In this document: in pieces, positions 38,063 to 47,353 of the stretch | Position numbering within the stretch: position 1 is the stretch's first letter | How the letters are laid out: every line of letters begins with the position of its first letter | Source of the DNA: an uncultured Veillonella sp. | Lineage (GTDB): Bacteria; Bacillota; Negativicutes; Veillonellales; Veillonellaceae | Assembly (NCBI GenBank): GCA_900757715.1 | Contig: CAAEOZ010000090.1 | Span: forward strand, 2,740-66,739 | Reading direction: 5' to 3' | DNA: 64,000 bases | The notes under the pieces: generated by a model | Database searches by the model: none | What the model was told of the DNA's origin: nothing | The model's input: only the letters and a program-made list of their open reading frames with translations | Made by a program: the position numbers and the translations under genes

Positions 38063-38347
38063 ATGATTATCGGATTTAAAGATAAGGAAACAGAAAAAGT
38101 TTACTATCAAAGCTTTTCCAAACGCTTTTCTCCGTTTATACAAAGGCTAGCTCTTCGTAAATTACTATTGTTAGATAATGCTGAATCATTACAAGATTTA
38201 CGTTGGCCACCAGGTAATCGCTTGGAGTTGTTGCAAGGAGATCGATTTGGACAGTATAGTTTGCGAATTAATAGTCAATATAGACTATGTTTTAAAGTGA
38301 AAGATATTAGTAGTTTTTATGATGTAGAAATTGTAGATTATCATTAA
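38063..38347 (+). CDS. higB: type II toxin HigB (RelE/ParE superfamily)
   Basis: MIIGFKDKETEKVY...LDNAESLQDLRWPPGNRLELLQGDRFGQYSLRINSQYRLCFKV...YDVEIVDYH matches the HigB consensus. Confidence 0.85.
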   Translation: MIIGFKDKETEKVYYQSFSKRFSPFIQRLALRKLLLLDNAESLQDLRWPPGNRLELLQGDRFGQYSLRINSQYRLCFKVKDISSFYDVEIVDYH

Positions 38348-38363
38348 TAGAGAGGAAATTAAT

Positions 38364-38684
38364 ATGGAAAAGTTTATTCCTACACCTACCATTAGTGAAA
38401 TATTAAAGGAAGAGTTTATGGATCCATTAGGACTATCTGCATATCGATTAGCTAAGGATATACATGTGCCTGTTTCACGGATTCAAGAAATATTGAATGG
38501 TACACGGTCTATTTCAGCAGATACATCGTTGCGTTTAGCAAAATACTTTGGTGTTTCGGAAGGGTATTTCTTGCGTTTACAGATGGATGTTGATTTGCGT
38601 ACCGCAAAACTTAGTGAGGGTATGGATGAAGTATTATCCTCTATTACACATTGTGCTTCATTAGAACCCGTAGACTGTCAATAA
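38364..38684 (+). CDS. higA: type II antitoxin HigA (XRE-type HTH)
   Basis: PTISEILKEEFMDPLGLSAYRLAKDIHVPVSRIQEILNGTRSISADTSLRLAKYFGVSEGYFLRLQ. Starts 16 nt after the higB stop. Confidence 0.85.
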   Translation: MEKFIPTPTISEILKEEFMDPLGLSAYRLAKDIHVPVSRIQEILNGTRSISADTSLRLAKYFGVSEGYFLRLQMDVDLRTAKLSEGMDEVLSSITHCASLEPVDCQ

Positions 38685-38770
38685 GAGATTGATAATTTTC
38701 GATGTATTTGGTAAAATTAACTTAAATAAGTAAGTTGTTACAACATTGAATATTGATATAAGGAGAACCT

Positions 38771-39124
38771 ATGTTATTCGTTGAATATCCTAAATGCACA
38801 ACATGCAAAAAAGCAAAGAAATTCTTAGATGATCACAAAATTAAGTATACAGATCGTGACATCAAGTCCGAAAATCCTACAGCAGAGGAAATCGCTGCTT
38901 GGTATCCACAATCTGGCAAGGATTTGAAAGCATTCTTTAATACTTCTGGTATGATTTACCGTGAACAACAATTAAAGGATAAATTGCCAAACCTTAGTGA
39001 AGAAGAAAAACTAGCTTTATTAGCATCTAATGGCATGCTTGTAAAACGTCCTATCTTGGTTCTTGAAGACAAAGTACTCGTTGGATTTAAAGAAGCAGAA
39101 TGGATTGAGGCGTTGAAGCTCTAA
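38771..39124 (+). CDS. ArsC/Spx/MgsR-family thioredoxin-fold protein
   Basis: 117 aa. The N-terminal PKCTTCKK motif and overall pattern match the ArsC/Spx family. Confidence 0.75.
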   Translation: MLFVEYPKCTTCKKAKKFLDDHKIKYTDRDIKSENPTAEEIAAWYPQSGKDLKAFFNTSGMIYREQQLKDKLPNLSEEEKLALLASNGMLVKRPILVLEDKVLVGFKEAEWIEALKL

Positions 39125-39144
39125 TTTCATATTGTATTGGGTTG

Positions 39145-39214
39145 GAACGGACCTATCTCTAAAAGCCTCCATAGCGAGCTAAGTCATTTTTAGAGATAGG
39201 TCCGTTCCTTTTTT
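39145..39214. repeat. hairpin repeat copy C (21-bp perfect arms; conserved loop gcctccatagcgagctaagtca)
   Basis: ggaacggacctatctctaaaa [loop] ttttagagataggtccgttcc plus tttttt. Confidence 0.75.
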
Positions 39215-39243
39215 ATACAATTTATGAAATTAGAGCAACAACC

Positions 39244-39296
39244 GGGGGCTATAGGGAGGCTAAGTCATTTTTAGAGATAGGGGCTTTTCCTTTTAT
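39244..39296. repeat. degenerate hairpin repeat copy D (5' arm largely lost)
   Basis: ...ggggctatagggaggctaagtca tttttagagataggggcttttcc. Confidence 0.55.
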
Positions 39297-39317
39297 ATGA
39301 AATTAGTATCTTCAAAT

Positions 39318-39380
39318 AGGACCTATTAAAATAACCTCCATAGCGAGCTAAGTCGTTTTTAGGGACCTGTTCTTTCTTGT
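39318..39380. repeat. hairpin repeat copy E (imperfect arms; loop acctccatagcgagctaagtcg)
   Basis: aggacctattaaaataa [loop] tttttagggacctgttc. Confidence 0.6.
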
Positions 39381-39706
39381 TTTCAATAAAGAAATTAGAG
39401 CTCACGACTAGGATCTCTTTTACGGTTAAGATATTTTTCATTTATCAAAAATTTTGATTTGTATATAACTTATATATTTTGTATAATATTAACACAATAG
39501 ATATACCCCTATGGGTAATATAAAATTTAGAATAGAAACAAAAGGTACTCCAGATCGGTAGTTGATTACTGTTAGGTTAATATTAGTACGATATTAACAC
39601 AAGATTAGTGTCATATTGCATGGGTGTACCTTACTATTTAACAAATTGTTTTGTATTTTATTTCCGGATTAAGTAAGGCCGGTATCTCATTTATAGAGAG
39701 GTCTAT

Positions 39707-40480
39707 ATGAAGTTTTTACAGTATTTATCAGCGCAGGTTTCTCTGCGTACGCAGGGGGCTATTTTGGCACTCGGCTTGTTATTTATTATATTAGATGCGC
39801 TTACGGAGCCTATGAACCCAGCTATTGATTTGGCGTGGGTAACGGTCATCATTTGTGGCTTGCCATTGCTCATTAACAGCGTGCAAAGTATTTTGGATCA
39901 TTTAGAGATTCATGCTAATTTTCTCATCGTGATAGCCATGGTGGCGCTTATTGCGATTGGAGATTATCATACGGCGGCTTATGTAGGACTCATCGTACAT
40001 GGTGGTTTTTTCTTAGAGCAGCTTATTACGGGCGACGTACATTATACATTGGATGATGATATGTTGCCGACCATGCCTACACAGCTTGTAGCCTTGCGTC
40101 AGGGCATCAACAATTATTCATCTGTTATTGTTGTGGCTGTCATGTTGCTTTCCATGGGTTCCTATGCATTGACGCAGAACTTTATGCATACCATTACATT
40201 GCTAGTTATCCTTTGCCCGTGCTCTTTGGAACTCGTTCTTGTGGCACTTATGATGGGTTCTCTCGTAGATGAAAACTCTCCAACAGCGGGGCTTTCAAAA
40301 GAGGCGAAACAATGTCATTTGGGCTTACTCATCGTGTCCATTTTGTTCCACGTTGCCATTATCGGTGCTGGTGTGTTAGGATCTATCAATCCTGTAACGG
40401 CCGCTGCATTGCATGGCTTGGCGCGACTTGGTCTCGTGTATAATTTGAAAGTATTAAACGGCTCCTTGTGCATCGCATAA
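39707..40480 (+). CDS. membrane protein with patchy similarity to the transmembrane regions of heavy-metal P-type ATPases (possible degenerate remnant)
   Basis: LIVIAMVALIAIGDYHTAAYVGLIVHGGFFLEQL resembles a TM3-4 segment. LVILCPCSLEL is CPC-like. The C-terminus resembles TM7-8. There are no actuator, P or N domains. Confidence 0.45.
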   Translation: MKFLQYLSAQVSLRTQGAILALGLLFIILDALTEPMNPAIDLAWVTVIICGLPLLINSVQSILDHLEIHANFLIVIAMVALIAIGDYHTAAYVGLIVHGGFFLEQLITGDVHYTLDDDMLPTMPTQLVALRQGINNYSSVIVVAVMLLSMGSYALTQNFMHTITLLVILCPCSLELVLVALMMGSLVDENSPTAGLSKEAKQCHLGLLIVSILFHVAIIGAGVLGSINPVTAAALHGLARLGLVYNLKVLNGSLCIA

Positions 40481-40485
40481 ATAAT

Positions 40486-40530
40486 TAAACTCCCCTAGTA
40501 ATCATAAGTATTACTAGGGGAGTTTTGTAT
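40486..40530. terminator. bidirectional terminator
   Basis: aaactcccctagtaat cataag tattactaggggagttt tg. Confidence 0.8.
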
Positions 40531-40547
40531 ATACAACAGTGAGTTGT

Positions 40548-40604
40548 ACAGTACGTATTTATACATTACGTATTATACAGTACGTATTATACAGTACATA
40601 TTCT
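40548..40604. repeat. 4 x 14-bp imperfect tandem repeat (acagtacgtattat)
   Basis: acagtacgtatttat / acattacgtattat / acagtacgtattat / acagtacatattct, immediately 3' of the glpT stop. Confidence 0.7.
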
Positions 40605-41925
40605 ATTGTTGTCCTTTGTCTCCAAGGGTGAGGAGTAGGAATACGATGGATAGGATACATGCACCAACGAGGGCAATGAAACCACCATCCCAACCGTAGA
40701 GGTCAACCATGAGACCCATGAAAGCACCAGCACCGGCAGAACCGATGAGGTAACCAAGAAGGCCTGTAAGGCCAGTAGCACCACCTGTTGCTACGCGTGG
40801 CACCATATCTGCTGCTTGAAGGCCAATCATCATAACAGGACCGTAGATGAGGAAGCCGATAGCGATGAGTGCTAAGTTATCGATGAGAATATTGCCTGCA
40901 GGGTTAAACCAGTACACGAGGATCGCCAAGATAACGAATAACATAAAGCAAATCGTAGCTGGAGCACGACGGCCACGGAATACGCGGTCACTCAAGTAGC
41001 CACTTACGAGCATGCCTGGAATACCAGCCCATTCATATAAGAAGTAAGCCCAACGGGAACCTTCTTTTGTGAAGCCTTTCACAGCGGTTAAATAGGTCGG
41101 AGCCCAGCTAACCACGCCGTAACGGATGAAGTATACAAAGATATTTGCAATCGCAAGATACCATAAGTATTTATTATGCAAAATATATTTGTAGAAGATT
41201 TCTTTGAAAGTACTTTTTTCTTCATTTTCTGTATGTGTATGAACGACTTCATGTTTGTATTCTTCGATAGGCGGTAAGCCACAGGATTGAGGCGTATCTT
41301 TTAACAATACAAAGGTAATAATCGCTAGCACGATAGAGATAAGGGCCGGGAAGAAGAAGATACTATGCCATGTACCGAATAGGTAGATGCCAAGCGTAGC
41401 AAGAGGAGCGATGATGCCGCCACCTAGGTTGTGGGAAACGTTCCACCAGGACCACCAAGCACCGCGTTCGGAACGGGAGAACCAAGTTACCATGTTTTTC
41501 GCATATGGAGGGTAGCCCATACCTTGGAACCAACCGTTTAATAAGGCAAGAACGCACATGATAGGAATACTGCTCATAACACCTGGTAAGGTGCCGAATA
41601 ATAACATAACTAAAGCACTAAGCAATAGACCTACTGTGGAGAAGTATTTTGGGTTAGAGCGGTCAGACGCATTACCCATAACAAATTTACTTACGCCGTA
41701 AGCTACGGATAAGATGGTCATAACTATACCAAGATCCGCTTTGGTGTAGCCGTACTCAGCAATCATGTACGGAACAGCTAAACTAAAGTTTTGACGGATC
41801 AAATAGAATGTAGCATAACCAATAAATGTACCTGCAAAGACTTCGCGTCGAAGACGTTTGTAGGTGGAATCGATTTGCGCCTCTGGTAAACGTTCAATAT
41901 GAGGAGCAGGAGAGAAAATCGACAT
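40603..41925 (-). CDS. glpT: glycerol-3-phosphate transporter (MFS, organophosphate:Pi antiporter family)
   Basis: MSIFSPAPHIERLPEAQIDSTYKRLRREVFAGTFIGYATFYLIRQNFSLAVPYMIAEYGYTKADLGIVMTILSVAYGVSKFVMGNASDRSNPKYF is nearly co-linear with the E. coli GlpT N-terminus. Confidence 0.9.
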   Translation of the reverse strand: MSIFSPAPHIERLPEAQIDSTYKRLRREVFAGTFIGYATFYLIRQNFSLAVPYMIAEYGYTKADLGIVMTILSVAYGVSKFVMGNASDRSNPKYFSTVGLLLSALVMLLFGTLPGVMSSIPIMCVLALLNGWFQGMGYPPYAKNMVTWFSRSERGAWWSWWNVSHNLGGGIIAPLATLGIYLFGTWHSIFFFPALISIVLAIITFVLLKDTPQSCGLPPIEEYKHEVVHTHTENEEKSTFKEIFYKYILHNKYLWYLAIANIFVYFIRYGVVSWAPTYLTAVKGFTKEGSRWAYFLYEWAGIPGMLVSGYLSDRVFRGRRAPATICFMLFVILAILVYWFNPAGNILIDNLALIAIGFLIYGPVMMIGLQAADMVPRVATGGATGLTGLLGYLIGSAGAGAFMGLMVDLYGWDGGFIALVGACILSIVFLLLTLGDKGQQ

Positions 41926-42238
41926 CGTTACACATCCTTTCTACAACATGTCATTTGTAATGATACCACGTAGGGTATGTAGTCGACTATACTTAATTTT
42001 TTATTATAATAAATAGTTATTAGAAAACTGAATTATGGATAACATTAATTAGGGTGAAATAGTATTGAATAGGTTGAAAATATCAGAATATCTTCTATGT
42101 AAAAATTATCAATTTGCAAATATATATATGAATAACTGTTCATGCATTTGCGTAATGAGGCTATGCATGAATAATATAATCTTATTGAATCCGCATTTTT
42201 CCTGTACTTTTGAGTGTATATGAATAATTGTACATATT

Positions 42239-43270
42239 TTGTTATTGACACAAGGTAATGCGAAAATCGTTAGCTTGGCTGACCGTTGGGCCACATGGAT
42301 TGTAGTGATTGCGTTATTGGCCGCGGTTGGCACCTATGTGGTAACTGGAGAAATCATTCGTGCCGTAACCATCCTCGTTGTGTTCTGTCCTTGTGCTCTC
42401 GTATTGGCAACGCCGGCAGCGATTATGGCGGCTATTTCTAATGCGAGCCAACACGGTTTTCTCGTGCGCCGTGGTAATATTATGGAACGCTTGGCGAAGG
42501 TTGATACGATGACCTTTGATAAAACAGGTACCTTGACCTATGGTACACCTGAGGTGACCGCCGTTGAGACTGTGGGTTCCATGCCTACTGATGAGTTGTA
42601 TCGATTGGTTGCTTCGGTAGAGACTAAATCTGAGCATCCATTGGGCAAAGCTATCGTGAATGGCTTTGCTACTCGTTATGGTGAAAGCTTCGATTCCATA
42701 GATTCCTTCCGTATGGTTCCTGGCAAAGGCTTAGAGGCGACTTTACAAGATAAAGCCGTTTTGGCTGGTAATGAAGCAATGATGACCTTGTCTAATATTT
42801 CTATTGCTGACTCTGTGAAAGAGGCTGTTCATGAGCATTTGAATCGAGGTGCATCCATTGTATATGTTGCTGTGGATGGTGTAAACGATGCACCAGCCCT
42901 TAAAAAATCCGATGTGGGTATCGCCATGGGCGGTGTTGGTAGCGATATCGCGGTAGAGGCAGCAGATATCGTTCTTGTAAACGATAATGTAAAGGAAATT
43001 CCTCACTTAGTGGCATTATCTAAACGCATGATGACTACTATTAAAATTAATCTTTCTTTCTCCTTTCTTTTGAATTTCGTAGCTATCATTTTGGCTATGA
43101 TTGGTACATTATCCCCAGTTTGGGGCGCCCTCGTTCATAACGGTGGTAGTCTTCTCGTAGTAGCGAATTCTACACTACTCTTACGATGGGCTTACAAATC
43201 TAATCACATAGTAGATGATGATCATTCCGTTCTCATGAACGCAGCTCGTAAACGCGTGTTTGAGGCTTAA
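42239..43270 (+). pseudogene. heavy-metal P-type ATPase, C-terminal half only; the N-terminal metal-binding domain, TM1-4 and actuator domain are missing
   Basis: Begins at the TM5 region ([16 protein letters not shown]...). Carries CPC ([12 protein letters not shown]), DKTGTLT, the hinge [20 protein letters not shown], and TM7-8. No upstream in-frame partner is present. Confidence 0.7.
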
Positions 43271-43356
43271 TAGTAGTTCATTATAAATATGAGTATGGAG
43301 TGTGTGTATCGATTTGATTACTAAATCGATGAGCGTTAAAAAATAATATAGTCAAT

Positions 43357-43418
43357 AAAAAGCGCTATCTATCCCTAAGGAAACTCAAATAGAGTTGTGG
43401 GATAGATAGCGCTTTTGT
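43357..43418. terminator. bidirectional terminator (18-bp perfect arms)
   Basis: aaaagcgctatctatccc ... gggatagatagcgctttt. Confidence 0.8.
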
Positions 43419-43456
43419 TTCACTTATAGTATGAAATCGATGGTTTCTAGTGTTGA

Positions 43457-44047
43457 TTAATCAATATATGTTACAGGATAACCTTTGGCTTCGATTTCAC
43501 GGCGGTTAAGACCATTTGGTAGATCTGGGTAGCCGATAGCGAGGCTAGCGTAGACTTTTTCGTCTTCGCCGAGGCCGAGTTCACGCATTTTAGCTTGAAT
43601 GCGTTCGTTGTCTTGGAGGTGTCGAATTTGATTAACCCAGCAACTGCCAAGGTCGAGTTCATTGCAAGTAAGCATCATGTTTTGCATAGCACAAGATACA
43701 TCAGCAAAGTTATTAGCATAGTTTGCTTTACTAGCTAATACGATGAGCACAGGTGCATTATAGTGGAATACAAATTTGCCTTCGGCGGACATCTTAATGA
43801 TATTCACCATGTAAGGTAAAGTATTTTCTGTAATCGGCATTTTGCCGTATTCTTCTTGAATGAGTGTTACTAGTTCTTGAAGCACATCTTGGTTTGTAAT
43901 GACCATGAAATGTGTTAATTGTGTATTACCGCCAGATGGAGCGCGGCGCCCAGAATCAAGGACTTGATTGATAAGTTCTCGAGATACTTGATCTACTTTA
44001 AATTTACGTGTACTATGACGAGTTTTGATGCACTCTAAGGTGTTCAT
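43457..44047 (-). CDS. nitroreductase family protein
   Basis: MNTLECIKTRHSTRKFKVDQVSRELINQVLDSGRRAPSGGNTQ is the classic nitroreductase N-terminus. Confidence 0.85.
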   Translation of the reverse strand: MNTLECIKTRHSTRKFKVDQVSRELINQVLDSGRRAPSGGNTQLTHFMVITNQDVLQELVTLIQEEYGKMPITENTLPYMVNIIKMSAEGKFVFHYNAPVLIVLASKANYANNFADVSCAMQNMMLTCNELDLGSCWVNQIRHLQDNERIQAKMRELGLGEDEKVYASLAIGYPDLPNGLNRREIEAKGYPVTYID

Positions 44048-44427
44048 ATAGGCCTCCTATTATAAGTTAGCTTTGATATAGAATTTCTTTTATTATACTA
44101 CAAGGAAGGTCCTAGTAGGGGGCGTATTTTTACTAAGTCATTTATTAGGAGACGGGCCTGCAACGAAAGAAGATTTCATTGAAAACAGAAGTTATAACTT
44201 TCTAATTTAATATCAAATTAATTTATAAATAAAGTAACAACTTTATGGTATGATTTTTACCCATAAATTCTATAGAAGCGTCTAATTCTTAACGAATAAG
44301 AAAATAAATATTAATTAATTGACAAATTTAAAAATATCTGTTCAAAGTGGGCTTTTTGCGTTGACTGTTTACCGTAAAATTGTGTACAATTAATTAGTAG
44401 ATAATTGTGTGCATATGGAGGTAGAAT

Positions 44428-44946
44428 ATGGCAGAAATTGGTGTACTTGAAGGGTACAAACATAAAGAAGATGTTCCTGATTCAGAATATTTAAGATTGG
44501 AAAATCAATTGAGCTTTCCACTCTATGTAGTGGCAAAGGAAATTGTTAATGCATATCGTAGTCACTTAGATCCTTTAAATTTGACATATACTCAATACAT
44601 CGTAATGATGGCATTGTGGCAATATGGTGATTTATCCGTTAAGGAATTGGGACAAGTATTGCGCCTTGATTCCGGTACATTAACACCGCTTTTAAAGAAA
44701 TTAGAAGCCAAAGCATTCTTGAAACGCAAACGCAGTCGTCAAGATGAACGCGTAGTTATGGTAACCCTTACTGATACGGGCAAAGCATTACGTGATGTAG
44801 CGGTTCATATACCACGCCGCTTGGCTGAATCGTCAGGTCCTATATTTGACGTAGAAGAGACACGTCAATTGCGTATGTTGCTTAATAAATTGCTAGAAGC
44901 AATCGATAACGCAAATGCAAAAACAGCAGAGAACATGAAGGGCTAA
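44428..44946 (+). CDS. MarR-family regulator, OhrR-like
   Basis: LENQLSFPLYVV...LTYTQYIVMMALWQYGDLSVKELGQVLRLDSGTLTPLLKKLEAKAFLKRKRSRQDERVVMVTLTDTGKAL aligns with OhrR, but the LENQLCF cysteine is a serine here. Confidence 0.8.
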   Translation: MAEIGVLEGYKHKEDVPDSEYLRLENQLSFPLYVVAKEIVNAYRSHLDPLNLTYTQYIVMMALWQYGDLSVKELGQVLRLDSGTLTPLLKKLEAKAFLKRKRSRQDERVVMVTLTDTGKALRDVAVHIPRRLAESSGPIFDVEETRQLRMLLNKLLEAIDNANAKTAENMKG

Positions 44947-45100
44947 TTTGATACAATCTCATATGCATATATTCTGTAACCTTGGAAATCTAAAAATTTT
45001 ATTAAAAATGTGATATACTATACATATAGCGTATTGTATTCAAGTCATGTGAGAGTATGACTGATTCGTGATTTGCTCTCGTGGCACAAAGGAGATCATT

Positions 45101-45499
45101 ATGAATAAAAATTTATTAGGTGCATTTGTATTAGCCGGTACATTATTAGTAGGTGGTGTTGCAAACGCAGCAAACTGGAATGGGTTAGCTAACTACCCAG
45201 AGGTTCCAAATAGTGCAAATGGTACAGAAACGTATTTCTTTGATAAAGCATCTGAGTTTAAAGGTATCGATAGCAGCCGTAACAACGTATTTGGTGTTAA
45301 TGTAATTAACATGCATAATAACCAATACGGGGAAGCTACATTGTTCAAATATCTTGTTAATCCAAGCTTACATACTGTATATCGTTACGCTCCAGATGGT
45401 CAAGTTTACCAAATTCAACCTGGAACAAATGAGTTCAATATGTTCATGGCTGCTTGGAAAGAAGTATACGGCACAACTTTCGAATTTCCAGCGTTATAA
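45101..45499 (+). CDS. small secreted protein, AxW family (distant paralog of 6207 and 7118)
   Basis: MNKNLLGAFVLAGTLLVGGVANA|ANWNG... RBS aaaggaga. Confidence 0.6.
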   Translation: MNKNLLGAFVLAGTLLVGGVANAANWNGLANYPEVPNSANGTETYFFDKASEFKGIDSSRNNVFGVNVINMHNNQYGEATLFKYLVNPSLHTVYRYAPDGQVYQIQPGTNEFNMFMAAWKEVYGTTFEFPAL

Positions 45500-45536
45500 T
45501 CTGATGGCCCGTGCCGTAATAATTACATAACTATTG

Positions 45537-45576
45537 CTGGTGAAAGCTCCTTTTGGGCTTTCACCAGTGTTGTTTA
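45537..45576 (+). terminator. rho-independent terminator
   Basis: ctggtgaaagc tcctttt gggctttcaccag tgttgtttat. Confidence 0.6.
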
Positions 45577-45588
45577 TGGAGGTTTTTT

Positions 45589-46359
45589 ATGTCTAAATCT
45601 GAATTTGCTCAAGCCTATACGGAGCGTATGTTCCCTGATATTGCAGCCCCAGCAGGTTATATTGATCCAGAGTTTGAAATATTGTTTGATAATTTTGCCT
45701 TTGATGAAGTCATCACCGAAGAAGGCCGTAATGTACCGGCAAAGGATCGCTTCTTAGCCATTCTCGCTACATTAGTAGGCGCCTCAGCTGTTGATGAATA
45801 TGCATTAATGCTACCGGCAGCATTAAACTTTGGTCTTATTCCTGATGAAGTGGTAGAGCTCATTTATCAAGCGGTGCCCTATCTTGGCATCGGACGTGTG
45901 CGCCCATTCTTTAAGGTGACCAATAAGATTTTTGACTATCGAGGAGAGGCTATTGTTGATTCCTCTCGCAGCACTATTACTAGTGAGTCTCGTCTAGAAA
46001 AGGGCGTAGAAAAACAAGTGGAAATCTTTGGGGAGTCTATGCGCAATTCTTACCAAGAAGGGCCAGAAGATACGCGTCACATCAATAAATGGCTTGCCAA
46101 TATGTTCGGTGATTACTATACTCGTAAGGGGCTTAGCGTGGCTCATCGTGAAATGATTACCTTCTGTTTCCTCGCAGCTCAAGGGGGCTGTGAATCTCAA
46201 CTCAAGGCTCATGTAGAAGGTAATTTGAACGTAGGGAACAGCAAACAATATTTGATTAATATCGCATCCCAATGCGTGCCGTATATCGGCTATCCCCGTA
46301 CCTTAAATGCCCTTCGTTGCATTCAAGAGGGCTTTACTGCATGGGAAGCCAAACAATAA
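45589..46359 (+). CDS. carboxymuconolactone decarboxylase (AhpD-like) family protein
   Basis: Two CMD-like halves (FLAILATLVGASAVDEYALMLP... and EMITFCFLAAQGGCESQLKAHVEGNL). RBS ggagg. Confidence 0.75.
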   Translation: MSKSEFAQAYTERMFPDIAAPAGYIDPEFEILFDNFAFDEVITEEGRNVPAKDRFLAILATLVGASAVDEYALMLPAALNFGLIPDEVVELIYQAVPYLGIGRVRPFFKVTNKIFDYRGEAIVDSSRSTITSESRLEKGVEKQVEIFGESMRNSYQEGPEDTRHINKWLANMFGDYYTRKGLSVAHREMITFCFLAAQGGCESQLKAHVEGNLNVGNSKQYLINIASQCVPYIGYPRTLNALRCIQEGFTAWEAKQ

Positions 46360-46368
46360 AGGAGTTTT

Positions 46369-47001
46369 ATGTTATTTTCTGGTATTAGTTTAACGATGAT
46401 TTTAGCGTCTATTCCAGCGCTTATCATTGCAGCTGCAGGGCATGAATTTGCTCATGCCAAGGTAGCAGATATGCTCGGCGACTCTACGCCGCGCTCCATG
46501 GGCCGCTTGACATTGAATCCCGTGGCTCACCTTGATTTAATCGGCTCTATAGCATTTCTTATCGGTGGGTTTGGATGGGCTAAGCCTGTAATGGTTGATA
46601 CGTCTAACTTCCGCGATCCTCGCACAGACTATACCTTAGTATCTATTGCGGGACCTGCGTCTAATGTGCTGATGGCCTTTTTAGGCTACTTAGCACTTCG
46701 TTTTCTTGAAAGCTACGTCTTGTTGACAAATGAATCATTAGAGTTAGTACTGACACTGATTGTTGTATATAATATTAACTTTGCCATTCTCAATATGATG
46801 CCTATACCACCACTTGATGGTAGTCGCATTATTACAAGCTTGTTGCCTAGGGATTTGCAATTTACATTGGAACGGTTAAGCTTTGTCAGCTTGATTGTAC
46901 TTATCTTATTGCTTAATACACCTATTGCAGATAAGATTTTCATTCCATTACAACAAACGATTTTACAATTCTTTGACCGTATCGTGAGCATTATTTTATA
47001 G
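46369..47001 (+). CDS. site-2 protease (peptidase M50) family membrane protein
   Basis: HExxH motif GHEFAHAKVA in the first TM region. Conserved NxxP/LDG motif (LNMMPIPPLDGSRI). Confidence 0.75.
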   Translation: MLFSGISLTMILASIPALIIAAAGHEFAHAKVADMLGDSTPRSMGRLTLNPVAHLDLIGSIAFLIGGFGWAKPVMVDTSNFRDPRTDYTLVSIAGPASNVLMAFLGYLALRFLESYVLLTNESLELVLTLIVVYNINFAILNMMPIPPLDGSRIITSLLPRDLQFTLERLSFVSLIVLILLLNTPIADKIFIPLQQTILQFFDRIVSIIL

Positions 47002-47129
47002 GATTTAGATTAAGGCTGATATGGTAAAAGCTATATGGTAATACTATGTAGAAAATACTATATAGTAAACACTTTATGGTAAGTCCTATCTTTCAAATTT
47101 TATTTTATATTCCTCACTATATTAAAAAG

Positions 47130-47316
47130 TATCGATATAATTTGCTAAGTATGATATACTAAGTACAGAAATCGTAAATTTTCGATATATTAATATTACA
47201 GTGTATTATTAGATACTATCGATAGAGTAAATTGATCTGCTACATCGATATGTAAATCAATACACTAAATTGACACGTAAATCGATATATTAAATTGATA
47301 TATTAAATCGATACAG
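47130..47316. promoter_or_regulatory. array of at least 6 ATCGATA palindromic motifs, including 3 tandem 13-bp repeats (taaatcgatatat), upstream of the BFD-like ferredoxin gene
   Basis: atcgata at 47131, 47219, 47244, 47281 and 47308; ttcgata at 47181; attgata at 47294. Tandem block 47278-47316. Confidence 0.45.
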
Positions 47317-47353
47317 TATATAGATATTCAAGTGAATACAAGAGGAATTACAT

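Noticed and set aside
39125-39400. Possible CRISPR array (three repeats in tandem)
   Set aside because: The repeat is the loop of a palindromic hairpin, not a direct repeat separated by unique spacers. The 'spacers' are self-complementary arms, and no cas genes are nearby.
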